A DNA stretch of 64,000 nucleotides, from the NCBI RefSeq assembly GCF_056746865.1, contig NZ_CM163382.1, one strand, 5' to 3'. Position numbers and translations under genes: made by a program. The notes below the pieces were generated by a model that ran no database searches, had not been told where the DNA came from, and saw only the letters and a list, made by a program, of their open reading frames with translations. This document shows positions 37,147 to 51,023 of this stretch, piece after piece (position 1 is the stretch's first letter; every line of letters starts with the position of its first letter).

Positions 37147-37932
37147 ATGCAGGATCGCAATTTTGATGATATTGCGGAAAAGTTTTCCCGTAACATTTAC
37201 GGCACCACCAAAGGGCAGCTTCGACAGGCTATTCTGTGGCAGGATCTCGATCGCGTGCTGGCGGAAATGGGCCCGCAAAAACTGCGTGTGCTGGATGCTG
37301 GCGGTGGAGAAGGGCAGACCGCAATCAAAATGGCTGAGCGCGGGCATCAGGTCATTTTATGCGATCTTTCTGCGCAGATGATCGACCGCGCAAAACAGGC
37401 GGCAGAAGCAAAAGGTGTGAGCGACAACATGCAATTTATACATTGCGCCGCTCAGGATGTTGCTTCGCATTTGGAAACGCCCGTTGATCTGATATTGTTC
37501 CATGCGGTGCTCGAGTGGGTGGCCGATCCCCGCAGCGTATTACAGACCCTGTGGTCAGTGTTGCGTCCAGGCGGTGTGTTGTCGTTAATGTTCTACAATG
37601 CGCACGGCTTGCTGATGCATAACATGGTCGCCGGGAATTTTGATTACGTGCAGGCGGGAATGCCGAAAAAGAAAAAACGGACGCTTTCGCCAGATTATCC
37701 ACGCGACCCGGCGCAGGTTTATCTGTGGCTGGAAGAAGCTGGTTGGCAAATTATGGGTAAGACAGGCGTTCGCGTGTTTCATGATTATCTGCGCGAGAAG
37801 CACCAGCAGCGCGACTGCTATGAAGCATTACTTGAATTAGAAACGCGTTATTGCCGTCAGGAACCGTATATTACCCTGGGGCGTTATATTCATGTCACCG
37901 CGCGCAAACCGCAGAGCAAGGATAAAGTATGA
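37147..37932 (+). CDS. cmoM: SAM-dependent methyltransferase CmoM (SmtA)
   Basis: 261 aa from [19 protein letters not shown]...; SAM motif VLDAGGGEG; ATGA overlap with mukF. Confidence 0.85.
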
Positions 37933-39251
37933 GTGAATTTTCCCAGACAGTCCCCGAACTGGTTGCCTGGGCCAGAAAAAATGACTTCTCCATCTCGCTG
38001 CCGGTAGACCGACTCTCTTTTCTGCTGGCGGTTGCCACGCTGAACGGCGAGCGTCTGGATGGTGAGATGAGTGAAGGCGAGCTGGTGGATGCATTCCGCC
38101 ATGTGAGTGATGCGTTTGAGCAAACCAGCGAAACCATCGGCGTGCGCGCCAACAACGCGATCAACGACATGGTGCGTCAACGTCTGCTGAACCGCTTTAC
38201 CAGCGAGCAGGCGGAAGGGAACGCAATTTACCGTCTGACGCCGCTCGGCATTGGCATCACTGACTATTACATTCGTCAGCGCGAGTTTTCTACGCTGCGC
38301 CTTTCTATGCAATTGTCGATTGTGGCGGGTGAGCTCAAACGCGCAGCAGATGCCGCCGAAGAGGGCGGTGATGAATTTCACTGGCACCGTAATGTTTATG
38401 CGCCACTGAAATATTCGGTAGCAGAAATTTTCGACAGTATCGACCTGACGCAACGTCTGATGGATGAACAGCAGCAGCAGGTGAAGGATGATATCGCCCA
38501 GTTGTTGAACAAAGACTGGCGGGCGGCGATTTCCAGCTGTGAATTGTTGCTTTCAGAAACTTCCGGCACGCTGCGTGAATTGCAGGATACGCTGGAAGCG
38601 GCAGGCGATAAATTGCAGGCCAACCTGTTACGCATTCAGGATGCGACGATGACCCATGACGATCTGCATTTTGTCGATCGTCTGGTATTCGATCTGCAGA
38701 GCAAACTTGACCGTATTATCAGCTGGGGCCAGCAATCCATCGATTTGTGGATTGGCTACGACCGCCACGTACACAAATTTATTCGTACTGCGATCGATAT
38801 GGATAAAAACCGCGTCTTTGCTCAGCGGTTACGTCAGTCGGTACAAACCTATTTTGATGAGCCGTGGGCGCTAACTTATGCCAATGCCGATCGTCTGCTG
38901 GATATGCGTGACGAAGAGATGGCTCTGCGCGATGAAGAAGTGACAGGAGAACTTCCTGAGGATCTGGAGTACGAAGAGTTTAACGAGATCCGCGAACAGC
39001 TGGCGGCGATCATTGAAGAACAACTTGCCGTGTACAAAACCAGACAAGTGCCGCTGGATCTTGGTCTGGTGGTACGCGAATATCTGTCACAGTATCCGCG
39101 TGCACGTCACTTTGACGTTGCGCGCATTGTTATTGATCAGGCGGTACGTCTTGGCGTAGCGCAAGCAGATTTCACCGGACTGCCAGCGAAATGGCAGCCG
39201 ATTAATGATTACGGAGCCAAGGTACAGGCGCATGTCATCGACAAATATTGA
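37929..39251 (+). CDS. mukF: Chromosome partition protein MukF (kleisin)
   Basis: 440 aa [25 protein letters not shown]... Confidence 0.96.
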
Positions 39252-39936
39252 ACAAGTGATGCCGGTTAAGCTGGCGCAGGCGCTGGCGAATCCGTTATTT
39301 CCGGCGCTGGACAGCGCCTTACGTTCAGGCCGCCATATTGGCCTCGACGAACTGGATAATCATGCATTCCTGATGGATTTTCAGGAATATCTGGAAGAGT
39401 TTTACGCGCGTTATAACGTTGAGCTTATTCGTGCACCGGAAGGGTTCTTCTATTTACGCCCACGTTCCACCACTCTTATCCCGCGTTCCGTCTTGTCGGA
39501 ACTGGATATGATGGTCGGGAAAATCCTCTGTTATCTCTATCTCAGCCCGGAACGGCTGGCGAACGAGGGGATTTTCACCCAGCAGGAACTGTACGACGAA
39601 CTGCTCACCCTGGCCGATGAAGCGAAACTGCTGAAACTGGTGAACAACCGTTCAACCGGTTCAGACGTTGACCGCCAGAAGTTGCAGGAAAAAGTACGTT
39701 CTTCGCTCAACCGTCTGCGTCGTTTGGGTATGGTGTGGTTTATGGGCCACGACAGCAGCAAGTTCCGCATTACCGAATCGGTGTTCCGCTTCGGAGCCGA
39801 TGTGCGTGCTGGCGACGATCCCCGTGAAGCACAGCGTCGCCTGATTCGTGATGGCGAAGCAATGCCGATTGAAAATCATCTGCAACTCAACGATGAAACC
39901 GAAGAGAGTCAGCCAGATAGCGGAGAGGAAGAATAA
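39232..39936 (+). CDS. mukE: Chromosome partition protein MukE
   Basis: 234 aa from [27 protein letters not shown]...; overlaps the mukF 3' end by 20 nt. Confidence 0.9.
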
Positions 39937-42900
39937 TGATTGAACGCGGTAAATTTCGCTCACTGACGCTGATTAACTGGAACGGCTTTTTTGCCCGAAC
40001 TTTTGACCTCGATGAGCTGGTTACGACGCTCTCCGGCGGTAACGGGGCGGGTAAATCCACCACAATGGCGGCGTTCGTTACGGCGCTGATCCCCGACCTG
40101 ACCCTGCTGCATTTCCGTAACACCACGGAAGCCGGGGCCACCAGCGGTTCGCGCGATAAAGGTCTGCACGGTAAGCTGAAAGCGGGTGTCTGTTATTCGA
40201 TGCTCGACACCATTAACTCGCGCCACCAGCGTGTGGTGGTCGGTGTGCGTCTGCAACAGGTTGCCGGACGCGATCGTAAAGTCGATATCAAACCGTTTGC
40301 CATTCAGGGCCTGCCGATGTCGGTGCTGCCGACGCAGCTGGTGACCGAAACCCTCAACGAACGCCAGGCGCGTGTACTGCCGCTGAACGAGCTGAAAGAC
40401 AAGCTCGAGGCGATGGAAGGCGTGCAGTTTAAGCAGTTCAACTCCATTACCGATTACCACTCGCTGATGTTCGATCTGGGCATCATCGCGCGTCGTCTGC
40501 GCTCAGCGTCTGACCGTAGCAAATTCTATCGTCTGATCGAAGCTTCGCTGTACGGCGGGATCTCCAGCGCCATTACGCGCTCTCTGCGCGACTACCTGTT
40601 GCCGGAAAACAGCGGCGTGCGGAAAGCGTTCCAGGACATGGAAGCGGCGCTGCGCGAAAACCGCATGACGCTGGAAGCGATTCGTGTCACCCAGTCGGAC
40701 CGTGACCTGTTTAAGCATCTGATCAGCGAAGCCACCAACTACGTGGCGGCGGACTACATGCGTCACGCCAACGAGCGCCGTGTCCATCTCGACAAAGCCC
40801 TGGAATTTCGTCGCGAGCTACACACTTCGCGTCAGCAACTGGCGGCTGAGCAGTACAAACACGTCGATATGGCGCGTGAGCTGGCAGAGCACAACGGTGC
40901 CGAAGGCGATCTGGAAGCAGATTATCAGGCGGCCAGCGATCACCTGAACCTGGTGCAAACCGCACTGCGTCAGCAGGAGAAGATCGAACGTTACGAAGCG
41001 GATCTCGATGAGCTGCAGATCCGTCTGGAAGAGCAAAACGAAGTGGTGGCAGAAGCCATCGAACGCCAGGAAGAGAACGAGGCTCGTGCGGAAGCTGCCG
41101 AACTGGAAGTGGACGAGCTGAAAAGCCAGCTTGCTGACTATCAGCAGGCGCTGGACGTCCAGCAAACGCGCGCGATCCAGTATAACCAGGCGGTTGCTGC
41201 GCTTAATCGTGCCAAAGAACTGTGCCATCTGCCGGACTTAACCGCCGACAGCGCCGCCGAATGGCTGGAAACCTTCCAGGCGAAAGAGCTGGAAGCGACT
41301 GAAAAAATGCTCTCTCTTGAGCAGAAAATGAGCATGGCGCAAACCGCGCACAGCCAGTTTGAGCAGGCTTATCAGCTGGTGGTGGCAATCAACGGCCCGC
41401 TGGCGCGTAACGAGGCGTGGGATGTCGCTCGCGAACTGCTGCGCGAAGGGGTCGATCAGCGTCACCTGGCAGAGCAGGTTCAACCGTTGCGGATGCGCTT
41501 AAGCGAACTGGAACAGCGTCTGCGCGAGCAGCAAGAAGCCGAACGCCTGCTGGCAGATTTCTGCAAACGTCAGGGCAAGAATTTTGATATTGATGAACTG
41601 GAAGCTCTGCATCAGGAGCTGGAAGCGCGCATTGCCTCTCTTTCCGATAGCGTGTCTAACGCCCGCGAAGAGCGTATGGCACTGCGTCAGGAGCAGGAAC
41701 AGCTGCAGTCTCGCATTCAGAGTTTGATGCAGCGTGCGCCGGTTTGGCTGGCTGCGCAAAACAGTCTCAACCAGTTGAGCGAACAGTGCGGCGAAGAGTT
41801 CTCCTCCAGCCAGGACGTCACCGAATATCTGCAACAGTTGCTGGAGCGTGAGCGCGAGGCGATTGTTGAACGCGATGAAGTAGGCGCGCGCAAAAACGCC
41901 GTCGATGAAGAGATCGAACGTTTAAGCCAGCCAGGTGGTTCTGAAGACCAGCGTTTGAATGCGCTGGCGGAGCGTTTTGGCGGCGTGCTGCTGTCAGAAA
42001 TTTATGACGACGTTAGCCTGGAAGATGCGCCGTACTTCTCGGCGCTGTATGGCCCGTCACGCCACGCCATTGTGGTGCCAGATCTGTCACAGGTAACCGA
42101 ACACCTGGAAGGCTTGACCGATTGCCCGGAAGATCTCTATCTGATCGAAGGGGATCCGCAGTCATTCGATGACAGCGTGTTCAGCGTTGATGAGCTGGAA
42201 AAAGCGGTAGTGGTGAAAATCGCCGATCGTCAGTGGCGTTATTCACGTTTCCCGGAAGTGCCGCTGTTTGGACGCGCGGCGCGCGAAAGCCGCATCGAAA
42301 GCCTCCATGCCGAGCGTGAAGTGCTTTCCGAACGCTTCGCCACGCTCTCCTTTGATGTACAGAAAACCCAGCGTCTGCATCAGGCGTTCAGCCGCTTTAT
42401 CGGTAGTCATCTGGCGGTGGCGTTTGAGTCTGACCCGGAAGCAGAAATCCGTCAACTGAACAGCCGTCGCGTCGAACTGGAGCGGGCGCTGAGTAATCAT
42501 GAAAATGATAACCAGCAGCAGCGTATTCAATTTGAGCAGGCGAAAGAGGGCGTTACGGCGCTGAACCGCATTCTGCCGCGTCTCAACCTGTTGGCTGATG
42601 ACAGCCTGGCAGATCGCGTCGATGAAATCCGCGAACGTCTGGATGAAGCCCAGGAAGCCGCGCGTTTTGTTCAGCAGTTCGGTAATCAACTGGCGAAACT
42701 GGAACCGATCGTTTCGGTATTGCAGAGTGACCCGGAACAGTTCGAACAGTTAAAAGAAGATTACGCGTACTCTCAGCAGATGCAGCGCGATGCCCGTCAG
42801 CAGGCGTTTGCCCTGACGGAAGTGGTGCAGCGTCGTGCGCACTTTAGCTACTCTGACTCTGCAGAAATGCTTAGCGGTAACAGCGATCTCAACGAAAAAC

Positions 42901-44396
42901 TGCGTGAACGTCTGGAACAGGCGGAAGCGGAGCGTACCCGCGCGCGTGAAGCGTTGCGCGGACACGCAGCGCAGTTGAGTCAGTACAACCAGGTGCTGGC
43001 TTCGCTGAAAAGTTCTTACGACACCAAAAAAGAGCTACTCAATGATCTGCAACGTGAATTGCAGGATATCGGCGTGCGAGCTGATAGCGGGGCAGAAGAG
43101 CGGGCGCGTATTCGCCGTGACGAGCTGCACGCGCAACTGAGCAATAACCGTTCACGCCGCAATCAACTGGAAAAAGCGCTTACCTTCTGCGAAGCAGAGA
43201 TGGACAACCTGACCCGCAAACTGCGCAAGCTGGAGCGGGATTACTTTGAGATGCGCGAGCAGGTAGTGACCGCGAAAGCGGGCTGGTGTGCAGTCATGCG
43301 CATGGTGAAAGATAACGGCGTTGAGCGCCGCTTACACCGTCGTGAGCTGGCTTATCTCTCCGCTGATGATTTGCGTTCCATGTCGGATAAGGCGTTAGGT
43401 GCGCTGCGTCTGGCAGTGGCAGATAACGAACATCTGCGCGATGTGCTGCGCATGTCGGAAGATCCAAAACGTCCGGAACGTAAAATTCAGTTCTTCGTGG
43501 CGGTTTATCAGCATCTGCGTGAACGTATTCGTCAGGATATTATTCGTACCGATGATCCGGTGGAAGCTATCGAACAGATGGAGATCGAACTTAGCCGTCT
43601 GACCGAAGAGTTAACCTCCCGTGAACAGAAACTGGCGATCAGTTCCCGCAGCGTGGCGAACATTATTCGCAAAACCATTCAGCGCGAACAGAACCGTATC
43701 CGTATGCTCAACCAGGGTTTGCAGAACGTATCGTTTGGTCAGGTGAACAGCGTACGTCTGAACGTGAACGTGCGTGAAACGCACGCCATGCTGCTGGATG
43801 TGCTCTCTGAACAGCACGAGCAGCATCAGGATCTGTTTAACAGCAACCGTCTGACCTTCTCGGAAGCGCTGGCGAAATTGTATCAACGTCTTAATCCGCA
43901 GATTGATATGGGGCAGCGCACGCCGCAGACCATTGGCGAAGAACTGCTGGATTACCGCAACTATCTGGAAATGGAAGTTGAGGTTAACCGTGGTTCTGAT
44001 GGTTGGCTGCGCGCAGAGTCTGGTGCATTGTCGACCGGTGAGGCGATTGGTACCGGTATGTCGATTCTGGTGATGGTGGTACAAAGCTGGGAAGATGAAT
44101 CTCGCCGCCTGCGCGGTAAAGATATCTCTCCTTGCCGCCTGCTGTTCCTCGATGAAGCCGCGCGACTGGACGCCCGTTCTATCGCCACGCTGTTTGAATT
44201 GTGTGAACGTTTGCAAATGCAGCTCATCATCGCAGCGCCGGAAAATATCAGTCCGGAAAAAGGCACCACCTATAAACTGGTACGTAAAGTCTTCCAGAAT
44301 ACCGAACACGTTCACGTCGTCGGCCTGCGAGGATTTGCGCCGCAACTCCCTGAAACGCTTCCAGGAAGTGACGAAGCGCCTTCCCAGGCGAGTTAA
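39936..44396 (+). CDS. mukB: Chromosome partition protein MukB (SMC-like condensin)
   Basis: 1486 aa; Walker [10 protein letters not shown]; long coiled coils; TAATG overlap with mukE. Confidence 0.97.
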   Translation: MIERGKFRSLTLINWNGFFARTFDLDELVTTLSGGNGAGKSTTMAAFVTALIPDLTLLHFRNTTEAGATSGSRDKGLHGKLKAGVCYSMLDTINSRHQRVVVGVRLQQVAGRDRKVDIKPFAIQGLPMSVLPTQLVTETLNERQARVLPLNELKDKLEAMEGVQFKQFNSITDYHSLMFDLGIIARRLRSASDRSKFYRLIEASLYGGISSAITRSLRDYLLPENSGVRKAFQDMEAALRENRMTLEAIRVTQSDRDLFKHLISEATNYVAADYMRHANERRVHLDKALEFRRELHTSRQQLAAEQYKHVDMARELAEHNGAEGDLEADYQAASDHLNLVQTALRQQEKIERYEADLDELQIRLEEQNEVVAEAIERQEENEARAEAAELEVDELKSQLADYQQALDVQQTRAIQYNQAVAALNRAKELCHLPDLTADSAAEWLETFQAKELEATEKMLSLEQKMSMAQTAHSQFEQAYQLVVAINGPLARNEAWDVARELLREGVDQRHLAEQVQPLRMRLSELEQRLREQQEAERLLADFCKRQGKNFDIDELEALHQELEARIASLSDSVSNAREERMALRQEQEQLQSRIQSLMQRAPVWLAAQNSLNQLSEQCGEEFSSSQDVTEYLQQLLEREREAIVERDEVGARKNAVDEEIERLSQPGGSEDQRLNALAERFGGVLLSEIYDDVSLEDAPYFSALYGPSRHAIVVPDLSQVTEHLEGLTDCPEDLYLIEGDPQSFDDSVFSVDELEKAVVVKIADRQWRYSRFPEVPLFGRAARESRIESLHAEREVLSERFATLSFDVQKTQRLHQAFSRFIGSHLAVAFESDPEAEIRQLNSRRVELERALSNHENDNQQQRIQFEQAKEGVTALNRILPRLNLLADDSLADRVDEIRERLDEAQEAARFVQQFGNQLAKLEPIVSVLQSDPEQFEQLKEDYAYSQQMQRDARQQAFALTEVVQRRAHFSYSDSAEMLSGNSDLNEKLRERLEQAEAERTRAREALRGHAAQLSQYNQVLASLKSSYDTKKELLNDLQRELQDIGVRADSGAEERARIRRDELHAQLSNNRSRRNQLEKALTFCEAEMDNLTRKLRKLERDYFEMREQVVTAKAGWCAVMRMVKDNGVERRLHRRELAYLSADDLRSMSDKALGALRLAVADNEHLRDVLRMSEDPKRPERKIQFFVAVYQHLRERIRQDIIRTDDPVEAIEQMEIELSRLTEELTSREQKLAISSRSVANIIRKTIQREQNRIRMLNQGLQNVSFGQVNSVRLNVNVRETHAMLLDVLSEQHEQHQDLFNSNRLTFSEALAKLYQRLNPQIDMGQRTPQTIGEELLDYRNYLEMEVEVNRGSDGWLRAESGALSTGEAIGTGMSILVMVVQSWEDESRRLRGKDISPCRLLFLDEAARLDARSIATLFELCERLQMQLIIAAPENISPEKGTTYKLVRKVFQNTEHVHVVGLRGFAPQLPETLPGSDEAPSQAS

Positions 44397-44397
44397 A

Positions 44398-44431
44398 ATG
44401 AAGGCGGCAGCAATGCCGCCTTTTCTTTTTC
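44398..44431 (+). terminator. Rho-independent terminator of the mukFEB operon
   Basis: Hairpin aaggcggca-gcaa-tgccgcctt followed by a T-rich run. Confidence 0.7.
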
Positions 44432-44656
44432 CGAAAACTCCGTTTCTGCACTAAAAAAGTGGCACATTACGGCGCGCTTTTCTTTAAACTTCTTTACATT
44501 AGGTTATGTAAAAACGTATCGGCGTTTATATACTGAAGATAAGCCTGATGAGTAACAGGCTTGCTCGTCATACTTTCGTGAGTATTGGCGTTGTACAGGC
44601 AAGTCGTAAAATAACAGCCTGGCTATTCAGAGTATGATAAAAACAGGGGGCAAGGG

Positions 44657-46504
44657 ATGTTGCTTAATATGATGTGTGGTCGTCGGCTGTCGGCAATCAG
44701 TTTGTGCCTGGCCGTAACATTCGCTCCACTGTTCAATGCGCAGGCCGATGAGCCTGAAGTAATCCCTGGCGACAGCCCGGTGGCTGTCAGTGAACAGGGC
44801 GAGGCACTGCCGCAGGCGCAAGCCACGGCAATAATGGCGGGGATCCAGCCATTGCCTGAAGGTGCGGCAGAAAAAGCCCGCACGCAAATCGAATCTCAAT
44901 TACCCGCAGGTTACAAGCCGGTTTATCTTAACCAGCTTCAACTGTTGTATGCCGCACGCGATATGCAACCCATGTGGGAAAACCGTGATGCTGTTAAAGC
45001 CTTCCAGCAACAGCTGGCAGAGGTGGCGATTGCCGGTTTCCAGCCGCAGTTTAATAAATGGGTAGAGTTACTGACCGATCCTGGTGTTAACGGGATGGCA
45101 CGCGACGTCGTGCTCTCTGATGCGATGATGGGCTATCTCCATTTCATTGCAAATATTCCGGTCAAAGGCACTCGCTGGCTATATAGCAGTAAACCTTATG
45201 CGCTTGCAACGCCGCCGCTTTCGGTGATTAACCAATGGCAGCTGGCGCTGGATAAAGGTCAATTGCCGACGTTTGTTGCAGGACTGGCACCGCAGCATCC
45301 GCAATATGCGGCGATGCATGAATCGTTACTGGCCTTACTCAGTGACACCAAACCGTGGCCTCAACTGACCGGTAAAGCAACGTTGCGCCCAGGGCAGTGG
45401 AGTAACGACGTAGCGGCGTTGCGCGAAATATTGCAACGCACAGGCATGTTGGACGGGGGGCCGAAAATTACTCTACCTGGCGATGACACGCCAACTGACA
45501 CGGTAGTCAGCCCATCCGCTGTTACTGTTGAAACAGCAGAAACTAAGCCGATGGACAAGCAAACGACGTCTCGTAGTAAACCTGCGCCTGCCGTTCGTGC
45601 CGCCTACGATAATGAACTGGTGGAAGCCGTTAAACGTTTTCAGGCATGGCAAGGATTGGGAGCAGATGGCGCTATTGGCCCGGCAACGCGTGACTGGTTA
45701 AACGTAACGCCCGCCCAGCGTGCTGGCGTGTTGGCACTCAACATCCAGCGATTGCGCTTGCTGCCAACAGAGCTTTCTACCGGGATCATGGTTAACATTC
45801 CAGCCTATTCGCTGGTCTACTATCAGAACGGCAATCAGGTACTGGATTCGCGAGTCATTGTCGGTCGCCCCGATCGCAAAACGCCGATGATGAGCAGTGC
45901 ACTTAACAACGTAGTGGTAAACCCGCCGTGGAACGTACCACCAACTCTGGCACGCAAAGATATTCTGCCGAAAGTGCGCAACGATCCGGGATACCTCGAA
46001 AGCCATGGCTATACGGTGATGCGCGGCTGGAACAGCAGAGAAGCGATTGACCCATGGCAGGTTGACTGGTCTACAATCACGGCCTCGAATTTACCGTTCC
46101 GCTTCCAGCAGGCTCCAGGCCCACGGAACTCGCTGGGGCGCTATAAATTCAATATGCCGAGTTCAGAGGCCATTTATTTGCATGACACGCCGAACCACAA
46201 TCTGTTCAAGCGTGATACACGCGCATTGAGCTCAGGCTGTGTACGAGTGAATAAAGCTTCCGATCTGGCGAATATGCTGTTGCAGGATGCAGGATGGAAT
46301 GACAAACGTATTTCTGATGCGCTGAAGCAAGGCGATACGCGTTACGTCAATATTCGGCAGTCGATTCCGGTGAATCTCTACTACCTGACGGCCTTTGTTG
46401 GTGCAGATGGTCGTACCCAGTATCGTACAGATATTTACAATTATGATCTACCTGCGCGATCCAGCTCGCAAATCGTATCGAAAGCGGAACAATTAATCAG
46501 GTAA
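44657..46504 (+). CDS. ldtD: L,D-transpeptidase LdtD (YcbB)
   Basis: 615 aa; signal peptide; YkuD catalytic region with SSGCVRV. Confidence 0.9.
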   Translation: MLLNMMCGRRLSAISLCLAVTFAPLFNAQADEPEVIPGDSPVAVSEQGEALPQAQATAIMAGIQPLPEGAAEKARTQIESQLPAGYKPVYLNQLQLLYAARDMQPMWENRDAVKAFQQQLAEVAIAGFQPQFNKWVELLTDPGVNGMARDVVLSDAMMGYLHFIANIPVKGTRWLYSSKPYALATPPLSVINQWQLALDKGQLPTFVAGLAPQHPQYAAMHESLLALLSDTKPWPQLTGKATLRPGQWSNDVAALREILQRTGMLDGGPKITLPGDDTPTDTVVSPSAVTVETAETKPMDKQTTSRSKPAPAVRAAYDNELVEAVKRFQAWQGLGADGAIGPATRDWLNVTPAQRAGVLALNIQRLRLLPTELSTGIMVNIPAYSLVYYQNGNQVLDSRVIVGRPDRKTPMMSSALNNVVVNPPWNVPPTLARKDILPKVRNDPGYLESHGYTVMRGWNSREAIDPWQVDWSTITASNLPFRFQQAPGPRNSLGRYKFNMPSSEAIYLHDTPNHNLFKRDTRALSSGCVRVNKASDLANMLLQDAGWNDKRISDALKQGDTRYVNIRQSIPVNLYYLTAFVGADGRTQYRTDIYNYDLPARSSSQIVSKAEQLIR

Positions 46505-46684
46505 ATGAAGCAGTTCGGGGAAATCAGTTGTCGTAATAATTAGCATGATCGGGGGCGATTCTCTGCAGCCCCCGTCACTGCTGGGGTTGAGTCATCTTGA
46601 CGTCTGCTTTACGGGCGGTTAAGGTGCCTCTTGTGCGCCAGAAGTGCATATAAACGATAACATTGACCTGTAGACTTGATTATC

Positions 46685-47233
46685 ATGGACAAATTCGACG
46701 CTAATCGCCGCAAACTGCTGGCGCTTGGTGGCGTTGCACTCGGTGCCGCCATCCTGCCGACTCCTGCGTTTGCAACACTCTCTACCCCACGCCCGCGCAT
46801 TTTGACACTCAATAATCTTCATACCGGAGAGTCAATCAAAGCGGAGTTTTTCGATGGCAGAGGCTATATTCAGGAAGAATTGGCAAAACTTAACCATTTT
46901 TTCCGCGATTACCGCGCGAACAAAATAAAGTCCATCGACCCAGGATTATTCGATCAGTTGTATCGCCTGCAAGGGTTATTAGGTACCCGCAAACCGGTGC
47001 AACTCATTTCCGGTTATCGTTCCATTGATACCAACAATGAACTACGCGCCCGCAGCCGTGGAGTAGCGAAGAAAAGCTATCACACGAAAGGGCAGGCGAT
47101 GGATTTCCATATTGAAGGTATCGCGTTAAGCAATATTCGCAAAGCCGCGTTATCTATGCGCGCAGGTGGTGTAGGATATTACCCACGTAGTAACTTTGTG
47201 CATATTGATACCGGGCCAGCACGGCACTGGTAG
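46685..47233 (+). CDS. mepK: Peptidoglycan endopeptidase MepK (YcbK), Tat-exported
   Basis: 182 aa from MDKFDANRRKLLALGG...AFA (twin-arginine signal); the ORF-track start at 46676 is 3 codons upstream. Confidence 0.85.
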   Translation: MDKFDANRRKLLALGGVALGAAILPTPAFATLSTPRPRILTLNNLHTGESIKAEFFDGRGYIQEELAKLNHFFRDYRANKIKSIDPGLFDQLYRLQGLLGTRKPVQLISGYRSIDTNNELRARSRGVAKKSYHTKGQAMDFHIEGIALSNIRKAALSMRAGGVGYYPRSNFVHIDTGPARHW

Positions 47234-47259
47234 CAATTGCTTAACGAAACAGGGGCAGT

Positions 47260-47907
47260 ATGAACTATCGTATTATTCCGGTCACCGCATTCTCCCAGAA
47301 CTGTTCATTGATCTGGTGTGAACAAACCCGCTTGGCCGCACTGGTCGATCCTGGCGGCGATGCGGAAAAAATCAAACAGGAAGTTGACGCCAGCGGCCTG
47401 ACACTGATGCAGATCCTGCTGACGCATGGTCATCTGGACCACGTTGGTGCAGCGGCGGAACTGGCGCAACATTACGGCGTGCCGGTTTTTGGCCCGGAAA
47501 AAGAAGATGAGTTCTGGCTGCAAGGCTTGCCTGCGCAAAGTCGTATGTTTGGTCTGGAAGAGTGCCAGCCGCTGACGCCGGATCGTTGGCTGAACGAAGG
47601 CGATACCATCAGCATAGGGAATGTGGCTTTACAGGTGTTACATTGCCCTGGGCATACGCCGGGTCATGTCGTGTTTTTTGATGATCGGGCAAAGCTGCTG
47701 ATTTCTGGCGACGTTATTTTCAAAGGCGGAGTAGGGCGCAGTGACTTCCCGCGTGGCGATCATAATCAACTGATTTCTTCAATCAAAGATAAGTTGCTGC
47801 CACTGGGGGATGACGTGACATTTATTCCGGGTCACGGACCATTATCCACACTTGGTTATGAGCGTCTGCATAATCCCTTCCTGCAAGACGAAATGCCCGT
47901 CTGGTAA
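47260..47907 (+). CDS. gloC: Metallo-beta-lactamase-fold hydroxyacylglutathione hydrolase GloC (YcbL)
   Basis: 215 aa; THGHLDH metal-binding motif. Confidence 0.88.
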   Translation: MNYRIIPVTAFSQNCSLIWCEQTRLAALVDPGGDAEKIKQEVDASGLTLMQILLTHGHLDHVGAAAELAQHYGVPVFGPEKEDEFWLQGLPAQSRMFGLEECQPLTPDRWLNEGDTISIGNVALQVLHCPGHTPGHVVFFDDRAKLLISGDVIFKGGVGRSDFPRGDHNQLISSIKDKLLPLGDDVTFIPGHGPLSTLGYERLHNPFLQDEMPVW

Positions 47908-47914
47908 AGGCGCA

Positions 47915-47952
47915 TAAAAAAGCCCGCTTTTTAAGCGGGCTTCATTGTTTTT
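47915..47952. terminator. Bidirectional Rho-independent terminator between convergent gloC and aspC
   Basis: Hairpin agcccgc-tttttaa-gcgggct with T-runs on both strands. Confidence 0.65.
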
Positions 47953-47957
47953 AACGC

Positions 47958-49148
47958 TTACAGCACTGCCACAATCGCTTCGCACAGCGGAGCCATGTTA
48001 TCTGGTGTCATCCCGGCTACGTTCACACGACCAGAAGCAACAGCATACACGCCAAACTCTTCGCGCAGACGCAGCACTTGTTCTTTTGTCAGACCACTGA
48101 AGGAGAACATGCCGTTCTGTTTGATGATAAAGCTGAAGTCGCGGTTTGCGCCTTTTTCCTGCAGCGTATTGACGAACAACTGACGCATACGCTGAATACG
48201 CTGGCGCATATCAGTCAGCTCTTGTTCCCAAATCGCACGTAACGCATCGTTGCTCAGGATGGTGGCAACAACAGAAGCGCCGTGTGCTGGTGGGTTAGAG
48301 TAGTTAGCGCGAATCGCCGCTTTCATTTGGCTGAATGCGCGATCAACGGTTTCACTGTCAGCAGCAACCAGAGTACAAGCGCCAACACGCTCGTTGTACA
48401 GGCCAAAGTTTTTAGAGTAGGAACTGGCAACAATCAGCTCTTTATGCATAGCCGCGAAAGCGCGCAGTCCTTCAGCATCTTCTTCCAGACCACGGGCAAA
48501 CCCCTGGTAAGCGAAGTCAAACAGCGGTAACCAGCCTTTCTCAACGGAAAGTTGTGCCAGTGTCTGCCATTGTTCCAGCGTAGGGTCGATACCGGTTGGG
48601 TTATGGCAGCAGCCATGGAACAGCACTACGTCGCCAGCCTGAGCTTCGTTCAGGCTGTTAATCAGTGCATCGAAGTCAAGGGTGTGATTTTCCGCATCAT
48701 AATAAGCGTATTCACGAACTTCCAGACCTGCAGAGTTAAAGACGCTCTTATGGTTCGGCCAGCTTGGGTTGCTCACCCACACACGCTTAACGCTGGTATT
48801 TTTTGCCAGGAAATCGGCAGCCACGCGTAGTGCGCCAGTGCCACCCGGAGTCTGTGCCGTGCGAGCACGTTTGTCATTGATCAGGGCGCTACCTTTACCA
48901 AACAGCAGTTCCTGAGTGCAGCGACCAAATTCAGGGATGCCGTCAATGCCGAGGTAATTTTTGGTGGTTTCATTTTCGAGCAGATACTGTTCAGCTTTTT
49001 TCACGCTGGTCAGTACCGGGGTTTTGCCCGTCTCATCTTTATAGACACCAATCCCGAGGTTAATTTTGCCGGGACGTTCATCGGCACGAAACAGATCGGC
49101 CAGGCCCAGAATCGGGTCGGCAGGAGCGGCGGTAATGTTCTCAAACAT
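47958..49148 (-). CDS. aspC: Aspartate aminotransferase
   Basis: 396 aa [36 protein letters not shown]... Confidence 0.97.
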   Translation of the reverse strand: MFENITAAPADPILGLADLFRADERPGKINLGIGVYKDETGKTPVLTSVKKAEQYLLENETTKNYLGIDGIPEFGRCTQELLFGKGSALINDKRARTAQTPGGTGALRVAADFLAKNTSVKRVWVSNPSWPNHKSVFNSAGLEVREYAYYDAENHTLDFDALINSLNEAQAGDVVLFHGCCHNPTGIDPTLEQWQTLAQLSVEKGWLPLFDFAYQGFARGLEEDAEGLRAFAAMHKELIVASSYSKNFGLYNERVGACTLVAADSETVDRAFSQMKAAIRANYSNPPAHGASVVATILSNDALRAIWEQELTDMRQRIQRMRQLFVNTLQEKGANRDFSFIIKQNGMFSFSGLTKEQVLRLREEFGVYAVASGRVNVAGMTPDNMAPLCEAIVAVL

Positions 49149-49276
49149 GACGAGGTTCCATTATGGTTACAGAAGGGAAGTCCGCTATCAGGGTAACGGG
49201 AGATTTACAAAATTCCAACTATTACTGATGAAAACGCAGGCTGTTTTTGCAAGACGTGAGATTGCTCTGGAAGGCA

Positions 49277-49308
49277 TAAAAAAAACAGGACCAAAGTCCT
49301 GTTTTTTC
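49277..49308 (-). terminator. Rho-independent terminator of ompF
   Basis: Hairpin acaggac-caaa-gtcctgt; on the minus strand followed by a T8 run. Confidence 0.7.
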
Positions 49309-49332
49309 GGCATTTAACAAAGAGGTGTGCTA

Positions 49333-50421
49333 TTAGAACTGGTAAACGATACCCACAGCTACGGTGTCGTCAGAACCTACGCCCAGTTTGTTGTCAGAAT
49401 CGATCTGGTTGATGATGTAGTCAACATAGGTGGACATGTTTTTGTTGAAGTAGTAGGTTGCGCCCACTTCAAAGTAGTTCACCAGATCAACATCACCGAT
49501 ACCTTCTACGTCTTTCGCTTTAGATTTGGTGTAAGCGATGGACGGACGCAGACCGAAATCGAACTGGTATTGCGCAACTAACAGAACGTCTTGCGTTTTG
49601 TTGGCGAAGCCGCTGATGTTTGTAAATTTATTAGTGATCGGCGTAGCGTTACGGGTTTCACCGTAGTTCGCTGCCAGGTAGATGTTGTTCGCGTCATACT
49701 TCAGACCAGTAGCCCACTGTTCAGCTTTTTTACCGTTGCCAAGAGGTTGAGCTTCTTGCAGGTTGGTACGGTCAGCGGCGCCATAAGCACCAACGATACC
49801 AAAGCCTTCGTATTCGTAGCTGATAGAACCGCCAACACCGTCGCCGTTAGAGCGGCGTGCAGTGTCACGCTCGTTTTTACCCAGGTACTGAACAGCGAAG
49901 TTCAGGCCATCAACCAGACCAAAGAAGTTGGAGTTACGATAGGTAGCAACGCCGCCAACACGACCAACGAAGAAGTCATCGCTGTATGCAGTATCACCAC
50001 CAAATTCTGGCAGCATATCGGTGTAACCCAGTGCGTCATAAACCACACCGTAGTTACGGCCGTAATCGAAAGAACCAACGTCAGCGTATTTAAGACCCGC
50101 GAATGCCAGACGCGTTTTGTTACCAGTTTGAGCGTCAGCGCCTTCAGAGTTGTTACCCTGGAAGTTATATTCCCACTGACCATAACCGGTCAGATCGGAA
50201 TTGATTTGAGTTTCCCCTTTAAAACCAAGACGGGCATAGGTCATGTCGCCATTGCCACCGTAACTGTTTTCACCGTTACCCTTGGAGAAATAATGCAGAC
50301 CGACAGCTTTACCGTACAGATCTACTTTGTTGCCATCTTTGTTATAGATTTCTGCAGCGTTTGCAGTACCTGCTACTAACAGAGCAGGGACGATCACTGC
50401 CAGAATATTGCGCTTCATCAT
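49333..50421 (-). CDS. ompF: Outer membrane porin OmpF
   Basis: 362 aa [38 protein letters not shown]...; C-terminal ...VGIVYQF. Confidence 0.97.
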   Translation of the reverse strand: MMKRNILAVIVPALLVAGTANAAEIYNKDGNKVDLYGKAVGLHYFSKGNGENSYGGNGDMTYARLGFKGETQINSDLTGYGQWEYNFQGNNSEGADAQTGNKTRLAFAGLKYADVGSFDYGRNYGVVYDALGYTDMLPEFGGDTAYSDDFFVGRVGGVATYRNSNFFGLVDGLNFAVQYLGKNERDTARRSNGDGVGGSISYEYEGFGIVGAYGAADRTNLQEAQPLGNGKKAEQWATGLKYDANNIYLAANYGETRNATPITNKFTNISGFANKTQDVLLVAQYQFDFGLRPSIAYTKSKAKDVEGIGDVDLVNYFEVGATYYFNKNMSTYVDYIINQIDSDNKLGVGSDDTVAVGIVYQF

Positions 50422-50544
50422 TATTTATTACCCTCATGGTTTTTTTTATGACACCTGCCACTGCCGTCAATAAGTTCTGTCAATAAAAATTTACGGAACT
50501 ATTGATGAGAGTTTGGTGTCTTTATGTGTCTGCAGGCATCTTTC

Positions 50545-50640
50545 CATTCAAACTAACGTTTCGCTACCGTGAAAGTGCTACATAGATAAAGATTTGGTTT
50601 CAAAAAGAAAAAATATGTAACTAAAAGTAAAAATTAAGGA
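50545..50640 (-). promoter_or_regulatory. ompF promoter-proximal OmpR-binding region (F1-F3 boxes)
   Basis: Minus-strand reading gives TTTACTTTTaGTTACATATTTTTTC...GAAACCAAATCTTTATCT..., matching the ompF OmpR-box region as I recall it. Confidence 0.55.
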
Positions 50641-50981
50641 ACTTTGTGAACACCGTCATATTTCCATAGAGGCGTGATGATATTTACAGCAATTTTTATC
50701 TATTTATATGATTTCCTTATATTTAAATTAACTAAACGGAAATTTTGTTTCTGATGGAAACTTTATCGACCTGGCACAAAATCCTCTTTCAGACATCCAG
50801 AATGCCAAAAAATAGTATGAAAATTGTGCTATCAGCTAAGAAAAAACTAATCCGCAATAAGAATGCGGGTTATTTTTTGTGCGTAAATGTTGCAATGTAA
50901 TATTCCGTAACAGGATGATCGTTATGGCGGGGTTGCAAATAGATTGCTTGACTTAACAAACAGATAACTTGACAGAAAGGA

Positions 50982-51010
50982 TAAAAAAAGAGCCAGCGGG
51001 TGCTGGCTCT
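50982..51010 (-). terminator. Rho-independent terminator of asnS
   Basis: Hairpin agccagc-gggtgc-tggct with an A-run on plus (T-run on minus) immediately 3' of asnS. Confidence 0.7.
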
Positions 51011-51023
51011 TGAAGACGCTAAA

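Noticed and set aside
50422-51023. Unusually long (about 600 bp) AT-rich non-coding region upstream of ompF as a possible hidden sRNA or small gene
   Set aside because: This matches the known extended ompF regulatory region (OmpR boxes and upstream sites); no ORF of 60 codons or more and no terminator-bounded transcript unit is evident beyond the asnS terminator.
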